Source of the DNA: a bacterium
GTDB lineage: Bacteria > CG03
NCBI GenBank assembly: GCA_013791675.1
Contig: VMTI01000114.1
Span: 1-35,621, forward strand
Direction of reading: 5' to 3'
Length of the DNA stretch: 35,621 nucleotides
Shown one piece after another: positions 35,251 to 35,621 of this stretch. Both the position numbers and the translations under genes were made by a program. Each line of letters opens with the position of its first letter. Within the stretch, counting starts at the first letter, position 1. The notes beneath the pieces are model-generated. The model worked only from the letters and a program-made list of their open reading frames with translations. It was not told the DNA's origin and ran no database searches.

Positions 35251-35418
35251 ATGACAGCTATTGAGAGAATCCTGAAGGAACACCTTGACAAAATCAATAA
35301 TAGCGGAAAAGATAAGACGAACACGCGTGGCGGTAGTTTAAGAGTAGAACGCCTTGAATATCAAGGTAAATGCAACGCTCGTGTTGCCCGCCCGCATCTT
35401 AAAAGGAGAATACAATGA
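35251..35418 (+). CDS. 55-aa ORF overlapping tRNA-like element 2
   Basis: GAGGAG RBS before MTAIERILKEHL; ends in an ATGA overlap. Confidence 0.45.
   Translation: MTAIERILKEHLDKINNSGKDKTNTRGGSLRVERLEYQGKCNARVARPHLKRRIQ
35325..35396 (+). ncRNA. degenerate tRNA-like cloverleaf element 2
   Basis: GCGTGGCGG-TA-GTTT/GAAC D-arm, CCTTG/CAAGG arm, GCAAC/GTTGC T-arm, CCGCCCGCA 3' strand; loops non-canonical. Confidence 0.55.
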
Positions 35419-35537
35419 ATCTAATCTATGACTACATCGCGGAGAACGCATTGGTTGTATTCTATGTCGGATTAGGGCTAATGATATTCGTGGCGATTGC
35501 TGTGGATGCGTGGGAAGAATATGGAGGGAGAAGATGA
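35415..35537 (+). CDS. 40-aa membrane peptide
   Basis: MNLIYDYIAENALVVFYVGLGLMIFVAIAVDAWEEYGGRR*; AAGGAG RBS. Confidence 0.55.
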   Translation: MNLIYDYIAENALVVFYVGLGLMIFVAIAVDAWEEYGGRR

Positions 35538-35621
35538 GCGAATATAAACGGCTTGAAAAGTATTTGAATACCGACAAAAAAGGATATAAACCTTATGACC
35601 GCATAGTATGTAAAGACGGGG
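35534..35621 (+). CDS. hypothetical protein (partial, runs off right edge)
   Basis: GGAGG RBS; MSEYKRLEKYLNTDKK... Confidence 0.5.
   Translation, partial: MSEYKRLEKYLNTDKKGYKPYDRIVCKDG

Noticed and set aside
35325-35396. Functional tRNA gene
   Set aside because: No U33/purine-37 anticodon loop, no TTC T-loop, no CCA; kept only as tRNA-like.
1-35621. Alternative genetic code or stop-codon readthrough
   Set aside because: Genes are full length and tightly packed under the standard code, and all three stop codons are used.

Overview
This window is most of a ~36+ kb short-tailed (podovirus-type) dsDNA phage genome. All credible genes are on the + strand, and no integrase or repressor is visible. 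Gene order: 3' end of a C5 DNA methyltransferase, DUF1064 nuclease, small and large terminase, portal, scaffold, N4-gp56-type major capsid, adaptor/tail genes, a GNAT, three ejection-type proteins, tail fibre, HNH, lysis genes, a ~1.2 kb non-coding control region, early genes, then recombination/replication genes (Cas4-like exonuclease, SSB-like, RecT, replication initiator). The main candidate new system is a 2483-aa protein at the ejection-protein position. It carries a complete RpoD-like sigma factor (regions 2-4, specificity residues altered), a RadC/JAB domain and a Dam-type N6A methyltransferase. Three copies of a variant promoter, CTGGACAA-N13-ACACATAATA, cluster around the early region, suggesting a virion-injected sigma factor with cognate early promoters. 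The control/early region also has two inverted dif-like XerC/D sites, extreme T-depletion of the + strand and a type II hammerhead ribozyme. Two tRNA-like elements flank the replication initiator. Product calls come from motifs and synteny recognised by eye; no database search was run.
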